A stretch of DNA of 64,000 nt from positions 9,548,001-9,612,000 of the forward strand of contig NC_043012.1 of assembly GCF_006345805.1 (NCBI RefSeq), in the 5' to 3' direction. Below, piece after piece: positions 12,722-24,930 of the stretch. The DNA is from Octopus sinensis (taxonomy: Eukaryota). Each line of letters opens with the position of its first letter. Within the stretch, counting starts at the first letter, position 1. The position numbers were made by a program, and so were the translations under genes. Under the pieces are notes generated by a model, which saw only the letters and a list, made by a program, of their open reading frames with translations, did not search any database and had not been told where the DNA came from.

Positions 12722-13600
12722 ACTAGCAATGGGTGGAATTGCGCGAATAATTACATAGATGTCTAGAATGATCCGATGGTGATGTTTAAGAAGTTGACAA
12801 TTTAGAAATATTACTTCGTTTGTGTCTAATATCTATAGTTAAAATTTCATCAACAGCAAATATATATGGATTTTAATGGGGGTTATGACTTCATTTATGC
12901 TCTCTCACTTTCAAACATATGCGACATTACATCCGCCTTGAATATAGAATATAATTTGCAAATTTCATAGAGATCCATTCAGTAATTTTGACCTTGTTTT
13001 GGATCATAAGAAATGACTAAAATTTGGGAGTTAAGGTCCCCATTAGGGGGTCTTAGAATCATCGTGAGAAGCCGAAACTTTGGGAATACTTCTTGATTTG
13101 TGTCAATTACCTATGGTTGAAATTTCATCAACATACAAAAATTTATAATTTTTTTTATGGGAGAGGGTGGTTTTTGCCCCCTTTCAGCCTCCTCAAATTC
13201 AAACTAAACATACTGCATTATACCCGCCCTTATTCATTAAGTCTAAGTTTCAAATATCATAAGGATCCATTCAGTAATTTTGGTGCATGAAAAATGACTA
13301 AAATTTGGGGGTGAAGTCCCCTTTAGCGGATCTGAAATGCATCCGAAGAAATGGAAATTTTGGGTATATTTTAAAAGTCATTTCTAATACCTAAGGTTCA
13401 AATTTCATCAAAATACGAAGTATATTAATTTTAACGGGGGGGGGGGTCTGTCTCCTTTATTCCCCCTCAAAATTGTACGACATTACCCTTCTCCTCTTGG
13501 ATTTTGTGTTCCAATTTCATTACGATCGGCCCAGTAGTTTTCGAGGCTATAATAACACACGAACACACAGACATTGACTTTAATATAATATACATACACA
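12722..13600 (+). mobile_element. Non-autonomous Helitron/Helentron-associated (HINE/DINE-like) element with ~280-290-bp internal tandem repeats
   Basis: Starts ACTAGCA. AAATTTCATCAA recurs at 12842, 13120 and 13400; GATCCATTCAGTAATTTT at 12972 and 13264. The 3' end AATTTCATTACGATCGGCCCAGTAGTTTT..ACACACAGACA is Lep1/DINE-like. Confidence 0.55.
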
Positions 13601-14614
13601 CACACACACATATATATACATATATATATATTGAGGGCAACTTTAGAGGTGTGCATGTGAGCATTCGAACTAAGTCGGCTGGTTACATCATAATTCCCTC
13701 CTCTTTACTATTGTCTGAGAAAATCCCATGGAAATTACGCTCAAGGCTCGAAGGAAATCATTAATAAAACGGTGATTTATCTAAAATTGTATTTGGAAAC
13801 TTGATAAATTATTGATATGAGAATCCATTGCAGACGATTAAATCGCATAGGAAGACTTTGGATAATCATCAGGCGGTCCTTATAATTTAGGTAAATACTT
13901 CTTCTCTTCTGATTAATTACAGATTATGCTTCCACATAGTACATTTACTTTTATCATTTCTTACATATTCTCCAATGCTCATACATACTCTGCCAATAGG
14001 GGGTTCAGTTTTGTTGTTATCCTACATAAGTTAGTCTGTCCTTATTGCTAGTAAATTACTTTTCTATTTTCCGCAACGTGAGTGATGCATATGCTGTTTG
14101 AAAAGTCGGTTGGTTATCATCTTTATTCGAAAACTAAGTATCCGTTAATGATAATCTTTTTTATTTAGATATCTAAAGGTATAGTAAATAGTAAGTTATA
14201 TTGACGGGAAGTTTATCAAAGTTCTTATATTTAAAGTTTCGTTGGCATAATGCAAATTATATTTTTTTAAAATTTCAGCGCTTGGTTGTGATTTTTTAAT
14301 GTACTCCAAATTTCTATATCTCACTGATAGCTTATGAAAATTTTCCAACAGTGTGAGAAGAGAACCAAAATGAGTACGTGTGTTTTTTGGCTATATGCAC
14401 TCCGTCCCCAATGTATAAAAATATCGCTTTCAATCCTCTGTTTCATATAAAAATTCTTGCAAATTAAATTATATCTATCTATCTATCTATCTATTTTTCT
14501 ATCTATCTGTCTATCTTTTTTAATTTCTCTTTGTATGTATGTAACACACACACACACACATACGCACACACACACATAAGCACACATACACACACACACG
14601 CACACGCACACACA

Positions 14615-15193
14615 CAGAGGATGCAGTGAAAATAATATCGTCTAAATTATGCAAAAATGAAAATAACACTGACATCTCATTTTCACAGATATATTTACCA
14701 AAATTACATAAAAAGATCTTGAAATAATAGACAGTACATTTATTCTATAAAATCGCCATTGGCTTCAAACACAGCCTCCAGACGACTTCGAAATCTCCTC
14801 TGACTCTTCTGTTTAAGATGGTGAATGCTGCCATAATCCTTGCCTTCAATTCATCTTTGGTGTTACAAGGAGGTTTGTGGGTCTTTCGCTCAACTGCGCC
14901 CCTCACATATTAAACAAAAGGGGTGCGGTCTGGTGAGTTAGATGGCCAGATGTTAGGGGTGATATGGTAGCAAAAATTGTTTGACAGCCATGTGTGGGTT
15001 CTCCTGTTTGTGTGGTATAGTGCAGAGTCCTGTTGCCAGATATAGGGTCTCCCAGCAGCAGTGCTCCTCTTGACCCAGGGCAGCACTACCTCTTCCAAGT
15101 ACTCGAGGCAATCCTCTGTGTTGAATTTGAGGCCATGTGGATAGATGAATGGAAGCATAACGTCGCCATCAATGGTGATCACTCCAAACACCA
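14615..15193 (-). mobile_element. Tc1/mariner (maT, DD37D-spaced) transposase 3' half with terminus
   Basis: IMVFGVITIDGDV..YIWQQDSALYHT..NIWPSNSPDRTPF, with 37 residues from the QQD aspartate to the decayed third catalytic position. Continues GAVERKT..SRLEAVFEANGDFIE*. Terminus CAGAGGATG at 14615. Confidence 0.85.
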
Positions 15194-15775
15194 TGATGTT
15201 GACATCAGCAAAGTCATGGAACGAATAGTGCGAAGGAAATGTGCATTCCTTGAAGTGAATGACTTGCTGACTGAGATGCAATATAGTTTTCGACCAGGTA
15301 GAACCTGCATGACACAACTCTTGCAGCATTACGACTGGGTACTAAAGCAGTTTCTCAACAACTCACATATGGATGTGATATAACTCATCTTTGTAAAAGT
15401 CTTTGCCAATGTCGACATGCTTTGATTTGTCTCAATCCTCGAAATCTTGGCATATTTGGAAAACTTGGAGAATGGCTGCATGACTGTCTAACAGATAGAA
15501 GTCGGGTTGTGGTGGTCAATAGGACCATCTCCAAGAAAACACAAGTAGGGAGTGGTCTCCCACGGGGAATTGTCTTGGGGCCACTGCTATTCATTGCGGC
15601 CCTTTCTGACATGCCCTCAACTGCTCAAGTTATTGCACTTGCTAGCTATGCAGACGATACAAAAGTCTCTCAGTGGATACAAAATCTCTGGAAACATGGT
15701 GCATCTGGACACAATATACAGGTCGGTTGTGGAAAATAACATGCAAATTAATGCTGGAAAATTCCAAGCCCTTAG
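15194..15775 (+). mobile_element. CR1-clade LINE reverse transcriptase fragment (degenerate)
   Basis: SKVMERIV..QYSFRPGRTCMTQLL, SGLPRGIVLGPLLF, YADDTK and [13 protein letters not shown], broken by stops and frameshifts. Confidence 0.88.
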
Positions 15776-15810
15776 CAAGGCCGCAGTCGTTGAGCTGAAA
15801 CTTACAGAAG

Positions 15811-15853
<43 letters not shown>

Positions 15854-16859
15854 TTCTCTACGTATACACACACACACACACATATATATGTATATAAACA
15901 CTCTCCTTCTTGCCATATATATATATGTATATATATCTATATATTTGTATGCATATTATGAGGTAAACATACATTGAAAGATAGTCATAGCGATGTAGCC
16001 GACCATATATATAACTCAAAGTTTCCTTTTAAGAGAGTATCCTCCTTTAAATTCTATACGCATTTCTAAAAGAATTTTCAAGTATGGGAAAAGTACCTAC
16101 ACCAGAGAAAGAAAAACAAAGAAAAAAATGAAAAGCAGAATGAGTTCCCTTAGAAACCGTCTTGCAGTAAGCGTATATCCATTTAAATTACCATAATACA
16201 AACTCACCGTTGGTTTAATATTACTACATACTGACATTATTTCTGTTGAAGTTTTTCACACTGGCTAGTCACTGAAAAATTCTTCAATGCAAAATTAAAC
16301 ATTTTCTTTTTTTTTTTGGATTTTATTTATCTCCTTAAATTAATTTATATATTTCTACTGTGAAATCTATTTTAGTTCTCACGCTTTGATGTTTACTTCC
16401 CATTCTCGTGCCAGCACGTATGAGAAAGTTCTCGAAAAAACATTTGACATTTAGATATATTTTTCTTGGAACAAGTGTTAGTAGAGGCAAATATCTTTCA
16501 AGCTTGCTTTACAAATATTCTCCGACATGATTTCGACATAAACATTAGCTGCATTAAAGCTGAACTTGCGATGCCGAACACAATTCGATAGCATGAAAGA
16601 TTTCATACAGAACACCTAATGAGAAAAAAAAAAATATGATGAGTTTTTTACCTTGGCAGTAAGGTAAGAAATCGATATTTTATCAGAACCAGAGTTGATA
16701 TAGATACATAGGTACAAATATTCATGCATACAAATATACGTACACATACACACATACACACACACATACACACACACACATACACACACACATATATACA
16801 AGTGTATGTTTGTATATTTGTACATATACACACATACATACATACATACATATATACAT

Positions 16860-16909
<50 letters not shown>

Positions 16910-17706
16910 TATATATATATGTGTGTATATAGGTATATATATGTATTTATGTGTGAGTGTGAAATTTTGTATGTGTGCGACGGCCTTCAGCAACAGCTTT
17001 ATTTTCTTGCATGTGTAGATATTTCATAGATTCAAAATTTGACATCGAGCAAAGAACATGGAGATGTTTGTTTTTTTACTAAAACTGTATGACTGAACAA
17101 CAAAGAAAGAAGGTACAAGATAGAACTACACAGACACACGCACAGACACTAAGACACTGAAAACATACTCTCGTTCATACATACATACATACATACATAC
17201 ATACATACATACATACATACATACATACATACACGCACACACACATATATAGATGGAAGAGGGCAAGAGCTGGTACGGATAGTTGTTATAGGATAGCAAA
17301 TAATTATCTCTATATATATTTGTATATGCATATAAGTATGTATGTATATATGTATATATATCTAAATATCCACACACACATTTATATGCAGACATTCATT
17401 CACACAAACGCATACACACATATATACACAGTCACACACACACACACATACACCAATACGTATATGTATGTATGTTTTTTGGAAGATTCTCGTCAGAACA
17501 AAAGAAGTTCTGACAAAGCTAAATATAATAACGATGCATTCTAAATGAATTTGCCACAGTCGTACTACAAAAGATAAGAGCTCACCGATAGATTGCAAAG
17601 CAAAGCAATACTCTCGATTTCTTAGGCATGGCATAGACATGAGAATATTACAAATTGCAAAACTGTAATGTGCAAAAATGTAGAGTTACGTAGACATCTA
17701 CTTTAC

Positions 17707-17860
17707 GAAGAAGAAGAAGAAGAAGAAGAAGAAGAAGAAGAAGAAGAAGAAGAAGAAGAAGAAGAAGAAGAAGAAGGAGAAGAAGAAGAAGAAGAAGAAG
17801 GAGAAGAAGAAGAAGAAGAAGAAGAAGGAGAACAACAACAACAACAACAACAACTACGAT
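17707..17860. repeat. (GAA)n/(CAA)n trinucleotide tract
   Basis: Visible directly; the poly-E/poly-Q ORF has no other support. Confidence 0.95.
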
Positions 17861-17940
17861 AAAGATAATAATAATAATAACAATAATATTTTCTCTCTGC
17901 CTTCTCCTTTTTCTCTATCACATTACTCTCTAAATGAATA

Positions 17941-18050
17941 ATCTGGTGTGTTTGTTTTAATGGCCTACCAATGTATAGAGTACGTTTTTCTATCCTAGGT
18001 GTCAGGAAGACAGTCGGAAAGAAATGGAAACAGAATTGAAAGCAGATGCT
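17941..18050 (+). mobile_element. 3'-UTR-only fragment of the Dong-like family
   Basis: TTTAATGGCCTACCAATGTATA..CCTAGG..GGAAGACA.TCGG..GAA.TGGAA matches the 3' UTR of the 36709-37048 copy and is followed by (AAT)n. Confidence 0.7.
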
Positions 18051-18120
18051 AATAATAATAATAATAATAATATAATAATAATAATAATAATGATAATGAT
18101 GATGATGATGATGCTGCTGC

Positions 18121-18171
<51 letters not shown>

Positions 18172-18263
18172 CGACGACGACGACGGCAACGACAACGACG
18201 ACGACGACGACGACGATGATGATGATAATTATAATAATAATGATAATAATAATAATAATAATG

Positions 18264-18294
<31 letters not shown>
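18051..18294. repeat. Compound in-phase trinucleotide tract (AAT/GAT/GCT/GAC/AAC)
   Basis: Visible directly. Confidence 0.95.
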
Positions 18295-18296
<2 letters not shown>

Positions 18297-18850
18297 GCCC
18301 TGATGGAGTACCAGGCAGTGGCTCTCATGGCTTCTGATCTTAACTGATTGGAAGTGTTATCATGTACATTGTTTTGTCTTGGTATAAAAGATGGGCCACA
18401 GCAAATATTCTGCTCAATACCACAGATTTGCTTGTCAGTTGTTTGACCTTAACCAGTTGAGCATGTCCCTTAGTGGCTGACGATATGTGCATCTCTGATC
18501 ACGAGCAGAAGTAGTGGGGGAGCATCATAGCCATGTGTTGAGAAGGATTCTTTGGGGTTTGAATAATTCACCTCTGGAAACATGGGTGTTTCGTTCAACG
18601 TCCTTAAACAACCCTTATTCAGGGACCTTTTGAGCGGGATGGTTTACTCGATCTGAAGAAAATTCTAACTGGGCTCCACCTGCAAGGTCATGTGCTGTTT
18701 ATCTTGATATGAGATCACCATGTCGCGCACATATGGTTGTGATGCATGTGCCTGGTGTACCCTTATCAGACGGGTAGTCATGATGGGTATACTGGGCTTC
18801 GTATATTTTACCCCAGTGTCACTTTGATGGCATGCTCTGCTCGCTCACTC
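18295..18850 (+). mobile_element. Longest copy of the ~555-bp (TAA)n-flanked non-coding element
   Basis: Starts ATGCCCTGATGGAGTACCAGGCAG and ends CTCGCTCACTC-(AAT)n. Homologous copies at 3143-3362 (+) and 25411-25882 (-). No A/B box or credible ORF. Confidence 0.85.
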
Positions 18851-18872
18851 AATAATAATAATAATAATAATA

Positions 18873-19295
18873 ATTCCTTGCGATCACAATATAGCGGCGA
18901 AAGAATTTGACAAGAACAGTAAATATAAAGACTTGCTAATAGAAATTGAGAAAATGTGGCATCTCAAGGCGACTACAGTACCAGTGATTATAGGATCTCT
19001 AGGAATGATAATAAAATGTACTGAAGCCTATTTGAAAATGATACCTGGCTTACCATCCCGACAGGAAGTACAAAAAATCGTGTTAACTGGAACGACTCAT
19101 GTACTGAGGAGAGCTTTATCGCTGTGAAAACAACAGCCATTCATGAATTTATTTACTTATTAATTTTTGAAATACATATTTTACCTGTGAATTTGTGTGT
19201 AATCTGGGAATGCATACAATGAGCTTCTCTGCCCTAGGTGTACAGAAAACACTCGGTGAGAAACGGAAGAAAATTTGGAGAAAGAAGGAAAAAAA
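18873..19295 (+). mobile_element. 5'-truncated R4/Dong-like fragment, second subfamily
   Basis: IPCDHNIAAKEFDKNSKYKDLLIEIEKMWHLKATTVPVIIGSLG..LRRALSL* starts directly after (AAT)n; the 3' UTR ends in an A/AAT run. Confidence 0.88.
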
Positions 19296-19351
19296 TAATA
19301 AAATAATAATACAGCATATTATTAGTAATATAGTGATAAATTATAGTAATA

Positions 19352-19552
19352 TAGGTACAAGGCTGAAATTTTTGGGAAAGGGACAGTGGATTACATCAAC
19401 CCCATTACCAAACAGCTACTTAATTTATAGACACCGAAAGGACGAAAGGCAAAGTTGAGCTCGGTGGTAATTAAACTCAGAACGTAAAGACGGACGAAAT
19501 GCCACTAAGCATTTTTTCAGGAATGCTAACGATTCTGATAGCTCACCGCCTT
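19352..19552 (-). mobile_element. SINE family A, diverged
   Basis: ACACCGAAAGGACGAAAGGCAAAGTTGAGCTCGG..AACTCAGAACGTAAAGACGGACGAAATGCC. Confidence 0.8.
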
Positions 19553-20275
19553 ACTCAGCCTCTTCATGATCCTCCTGCTCCGCCCGTTCTCCCAGAACAA
19601 TTTGGCGAAGTGCTGCTGAAATTCCGCACACAACTGCTTGGACTCGTGTAGGTTACGCCCGTCCCGGCCCGTCAAAGACCGAATTGTTGCTTTGTTGCCA
19701 CTTCTACAACTCAGGCCTATCGAACGGTTTTTGTCCCTTTTTGTCTTGGAGCACGCACCCTAGCTCTGACAACGCAACGTTCCTGCTTGGCATTGAAGAA
19801 TTGATCAAGAGCCAATCTCTCCGCCAGCGCGTCAGTCGCGATCCCTCTTCGCCAGCGCCTCTTCTATCTTTTAAATAGCCCTCCCTCTCTCTTTCTTTCT
19901 CTATCCTAGATTCCTCTATTTCCTTACTAAATCCTACTATCTCTACTCTAATAGCCCCTTTCATGCATATCCACGGCTAGCAGTTGACGCCAAATTCCGA
20001 TGGACTGCGCCCGCCAACTTCCGATCCACTAACTCGCTAACACATTCTCTGAATGTTTGATGCGCCGGGAAAGATGCGTTCAGTTTCCAGTGCCCGGGGC
20101 CCTGCTTATAGATCCCATTTAGGTCGACCGTGCAGGTCACAAATTTGTGGTCTGTGTAGCCAATGACTTCGAACTGTGGAGAATTTATACTACTTCTATC
20201 TACTAGCCTAAATACGATCTGGAAGACTTGGCGTTGTTCGCCCATGTCAACATTAGCACTTTCGGGAAATCCAGA
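19553..20275 (-). mobile_element. Tx1/L1-clade LINE ORF2 fragment (end of APE endonuclease and linker)
   Basis: GYTDHKFV (SDH-type motif), GPGHWKLNAS, KGAIRVEIVGFSKE and GNKATIRSLTGRDG..EFQQHFAKLF, frameshifted. Confidence 0.78.
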
Positions 20276-20534
20276 TGGTAGTTGTCATACATCTAACGAC
20301 CGGTACTTCAGAATTCAAACAAACGTATGAGATCTCGTATCCTTCCTCACTCACCCACGTGTGCTAATGAGTAAAATTCTACAGAAAAATTGTAGTTTAC
20401 TATCAAGGACAGAATTATATTATCAATAATAATAAAGGGTAAAATTAATTAATACGAAACGATCGTACCAAATTACCGAAGATATTCTTGTTGCTTACTT
20501 TGAATATATATATATATATATATATACTTATATA

Positions 20535-20697
20535 GGATGGGCTTCTTTCAGTTTCCGTCTACCAAATCCACTCAGAAATCTTTGGTCGGCCTGAGGCGAT
20601 ACTAGAACGTACTTGCCTAAGGTGCCACGCAGTGGGACTGAACCCGCAACCATATGGTTGGGAATCCAGATTTTTACCCTGCAGCCACTCCTGCGAC
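20535..20697 (-). mobile_element. SINE family B, 5' half
   Basis: Head and CORE-like segment only. Confidence 0.85.
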
Positions 20698-21369
20698 TAT
20701 GTTATACGCAAGGTCTTAAAATCTCTAGTATATATTAATTGGTAAATAGACAAGATAAATAAAAAATAATTTTAACGAAGGGAAAATAAATTGCAACGAA
20801 GATAAAAAAGTGAAATTTCGATCAATGTAATAACCAGTGGTGGTTGTTATACTGCTTCTCTTCTTTCGTTATGAGTGATGTCTTACGAAAAGAGAAAAGG
20901 GGCCGCAATCAATATCATACACCAAACCGATACAGTATTTTGCTAATGCAAATATATAGTATATACATATATAAAGTGACTCATAGCACACATAAGCACA
21001 TATTGATTTATAGACACCCCCTCACACACGCATACAAACACATACACACAGTAACACACAAACGTGTATGTTTATTGCCATGAGTCAGAAAAAATAAGCG
21101 TTGCTATACTTGTCAATATAGAGCTTATCTTAATCAAAGTATAAAACATTGCAGAACTATTACAGCCGACCTTATCATCTGTTTTGCACCAGATATTAGG
21201 TAATCATGAATTACCAAATATCAGACGAGAAACTGCCTGGCAACAACGGCTGAAATGAGTCTATAATACTGTATCTCTCTCTCTGTATCTCTCTCTCTCT
21301 CTCTCCCTCTCTCTCTATCTATCTATCTATCTATGTTGCTCTCTGTCTATGCGTGTGTATATATATGTA

Positions 21370-21421
<52 letters not shown>

Positions 21422-21535
21422 AGTGTGTGTGTATGTGTGTGTATGTGTGTGTATGTGTGTGTATGTGTGTGTGTGTGTGTTTGTGCGTGCATGTGTGTAT
21501 GTATGTATGATATATATATATATATATATATATAT

Positions 21536-21825
21536 ATCAATAGTCTGATATAATATTTCGGAATACAAAAGTTCCTTCTTCAGATATCCCTAGGAATTGA
21601 TCGATTCACTGCTATAATTGGTTTTCCAACATTTTTTTTTTTCCGGAAGCATCTCTGCAGTGTTCTCACGAAGCTCCTTCAAGAATTCTTCGTGAGAATT
21701 GCTTGACGGCGGCCATGCCTGAAGCTCGTGTGTGGAAAACCAAATATAGTAGTGACTCGATCAATTCCTAGGGATATCTGAAGAAGGAATTTTTATAATC
21801 CGAAATATTATATCAGACTATAGAT
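21536..21825. mobile_element. Fold-back MITE with ~94-bp terminal inverted repeats
   Basis: ATAGTCTGATAT..CAGATATCCCTAGGAATTGATCGA..GGTTTTCCA pairs with its reverse complement at 21733-21825. Inner stem TTCTCACGAAG/CTTCGTGAGAA. Confidence 0.85.
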
Positions 21826-21899
21826 GATTAAATTATAACAGTCAATATAATCCATCGTTGTCATTATAATGCTTTGTTGTGCCATTTTCAAGAAACATT

Positions 21900-22117
21900 A
21901 TATTTTGTAAACACTCCGCAGACCCGTAATTCTCAGGGAGATTCAGCGTGACACGGTGTGAGAGTAGGCTGCCCTTTGAAATACAGGTACTATTCATTTT
22001 TGCCAGCTGAGTGAACTGGAAAAACGTGAAATAAAGTGTCTTGCTCAAGGACACAACGCCTCGCCAGTAATTGAAATCACAATCGTGAGTCGAATGCTCT
22101 AACCATTAAGCCACACA
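21900..22117 (-). mobile_element. tRNA-derived SINE (head C plus tail T1)
   Basis: GGCTTAATGGTTAGAGC..GAGCAAGACACTTTATTTCACG..TCACTCAGCTG..GTACCTGTATTTCAAAGGGC. Confidence 0.8.
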
Positions 22118-22139
22118 TTTATAGATCTATCTACCTACG

Positions 22140-22248
22140 ATACGTATGTATGTATGTATGTATGTATGTATGTATGTATGTATGTATGTATGTATGTATG
22201 TATGAATGTATGTATGCATGTATGTATGTGTATGTATGTATGTGTATG

Positions 22249-22297
<49 letters not shown>

Positions 22298-22340
22298 GTA
22301 TGTATGTATGCATGTATGTATGTACATATGTATGTATGCA
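22140..22340. repeat. (TATG)n microsatellite
   Basis: Visible directly. Confidence 0.95.
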
Positions 22341-22939
22341 TGCATGCATATGCGCTTATGTGTGCACGTGTGTATAGACACATGTGTACAAAATTTATAA
22401 TGTACTTAGTATTTAAATCGGTAGCTTCTGGCTTATATTTAATATATATAAAATTCTAATACAATTAATGACAAGGCATAATCAGAAGAACATATATTAA
22501 TTCCTCAGTGATTCCGTTTCTCTACCCTATAGGAGAATAAATCATAACTATTATCTTGAACTTGCAGAAGGAAACTGATATGACACGCGAGCAATGTTAA
22601 GTTACAAAATCAATGATAGAAAAAAAATTTCGACCTCACTTCGAAAATTTGAATGAAATAACTAAGATGTTTGTTATCCATTCCTTCCGTGCGTCGGACC
22701 ATCCATCCAACCAACCATCCATCCACCCATCTATTTTCTCCGTGTAGGGTTCTATCAGAAGCAACCGTTATTAGAATTTTGGCTGGATTTCCAAGCGTGA
22801 CCGACTGAGGTTAAGGATAGTATCCAACCATCTCGATCTTGGCCCCCTAGGTTTCCTGGTCCTCTAGGTCTTGGCTTCTCTTGAAGACTACATTTTTTTT
22901 CCTGTGACATTATACCCACGTGTCCATAACTCCAGAGTT

Positions 22940-23538
22940 GTACCCTCTCATTGTAAAGAAGTACACAACTTCACCGAGATATTCCAAATGTGAATGTCTG
23001 GTGTGGGATGATGTGCAATCAAATCATAGTTATATTTTTTTTTCACAGAGAGATCAATTTCTGCAAATGTTTAATCTTGACCTTTTGACTGAAAGTGTGG
23101 CACCACAAATGGATAACCATCATTTTCTAGCAGGAGGGTGCACCACCACATTGGTGGACTTGATGATCATGGCTTCGTAAATGAAACATTTCCAGACCGG
23201 TGGATTGGAAGGTATGGCCCAATTCCCTAGCCATCTCTTTTCCCGGATATCACTCCCCTGGGGTTATGTTAAAGACATCGTGTATATCAAAAAAGGATAC
23301 GGGATATCAACGACCCTAAGGAAAGAATCCCTGAATTTCATTGCCACCATTGGTAAGGTTGTCAAGAAATTGATTGCAGTCTTGATGTGCTTCATGCAAC
23401 GTCTAGTTCCCGTATGGAGATGTATTCAATGAGAAAAGAATACTTTAGTATCTACTCCTCATTTTGTAATAATTTTATTATTATTTGCTTTTGCAATAAT
23501 GTTTTGAAATTGGGAAGAGATTTTATGGACACCCTGTA
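22940..23538 (+). mobile_element. Tc1/mariner (rosa, DD41D-spaced) transposase relic with right terminus
   Basis: PNVNVWCGM, QEGAPPHW..NETFPDRWIGRYGPIP*PSLFPDITPL (41-residue spacing after fixing one frameshift) and GYVKDIVY. Ends GGACACCCTG-TA. Confidence 0.8.
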
Positions 23539-23549
23539 TATGATATCTA

Positions 23550-24930
23550 CACCCAGAACCACGCTAATTGCATAGGGGTTAAATTTAGGATTTCTCGGTT
23601 TTCTGTGAATCAATTTTAATAAAACCTTTCCCAGCTGGTTTTCCCACTATGGCAACACCGTTGGTATGTTTTTATTTGTGTAACGTCCTTTCTTTTTTAT
23701 TTCAGATTCTTCAGTTTTAGGGTGAACCACGCTAATAATGGGACGTGGAAAAGGCCTTAACGATGAAGAAAATTCTGTAATCATCAAGGGATTTACTAAA
23801 TTCTCTTCATGTCATTGCGGAGAGGTTATGTCGATTGTGGGAGCTCCAAGACGGTGACAGCTATGGATTTAAGAAATATTGAGCGCAAGTTGCGTGGGAA
23901 ACCTGGACAAACAAGCAAAACCATTTCACCGCCTCCGGACTTGCTCATCTGCCGAAAACCACCAGGAATCGAATCCTCGGAACCATCGATTCCGTGCAAG
24001 CATCCCTGAAACTGCCTCCTTTAACGGCTCGTCACAAGAGTTTGAGACTGTAAAGAGCCCAAAAGTACATGAAGTTAGACATGAGTTGTGTTCTGTTCCC
24101 TGACGATATCAGGACGACTCTTGACGGATCTGACGGTTGGACAATTGGTAGGGTCTATTTTGGAGATGAACGTCACCAACGTTTACGATGTTAATAACAG
24201 GGTAGAGGAGTCATGTTGTGGGCTGGTATCATTGGAGACTGACTTGTTGGCCCAGTCGAGGTGCTTGAAGAGGTTAAAATGAGCTCAACCGCCTATTGCA
24301 ATCTCCCGAAGGAGGTCTTGTATCCCTGGCTAGATGACATACTGCTGTTAGTTTTAAGGAATCTCGTATTCTTATTTGGCAACGCTCTCTCCCACTGCTA
24401 GGACCACCCAGACATTACTGGGGTATTACGGCATACGAGGTGAACGGTTGTTTGTGTGGCCGTCAACATCTCCGAAAATCATTGGTCCATCATTAAACAG
24501 GATGTTTATGCTGATTGACGCCAATTTACGCCGGAAGATTCTTATAGGTGACCATCAAAGCTGCAGCATAGGCAGTCCAACGTGTTACTATTAAGAAATT
24601 GGAAGACTTTTTAAGTTACCCATCGAAACGGCGCTCATGTGGCTAAATAACTCATTCTGTCGATAAATGTTATAATATTATTATGGTTTTCTGTGAAATA
24701 TATACTCAATGTCTGCTTCATATGTATCATTACCCTTTATTTTCTGAAAAAAAAAAATTCTGAAGAATCTGGAATAAAAAAACCAAACGACGGTACACAG
24801 ATTAATGGAAAAATAACAGTGATGTTGCCATAGTGGGCAAACCAGCTGGGAAAAGTTTTAACAAAATCAATTCACAGAAAACCCAAAAATCCTGAATTTT
24901 ACTCCTAAGCTATTAGCGTGGTTCTGGGTA
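23550..24930 (+). mobile_element. Near full-length decayed Tc1 element (DD37E-like spacing) with ~110-bp TIRs and TA target duplication
   Basis: Left TIR CACCCAGAACCACGCTAAT..CCCACTATGGCAACA; right TIR is its reverse complement ending at 24930. TA at 23548-49 and 24931-32. Transposase remnants MGRGKGL, GVMLWAGIIG, VWPSTSP and ENHWSIIK. Confidence 0.88.

Noticed and set aside
16200-20380. Minus-strand segments bounded by good acceptor and GTGAG donor motifs (about 16208-16271, 16510-16615, 17579-17655 and 20350-20375)
   Set aside because: Chaining them in compatible phases hits stop codons and gives no recognisable protein. Such motifs arise by chance in AT-rich DNA; RNA-seq would be needed.
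22740-22900. TGGCCCCCTAGGTTTCCTGG (WPPRFP), resembling the Tc1/mariner WPPRSPD motif
   Set aside because: A single short motif with no flanking support.
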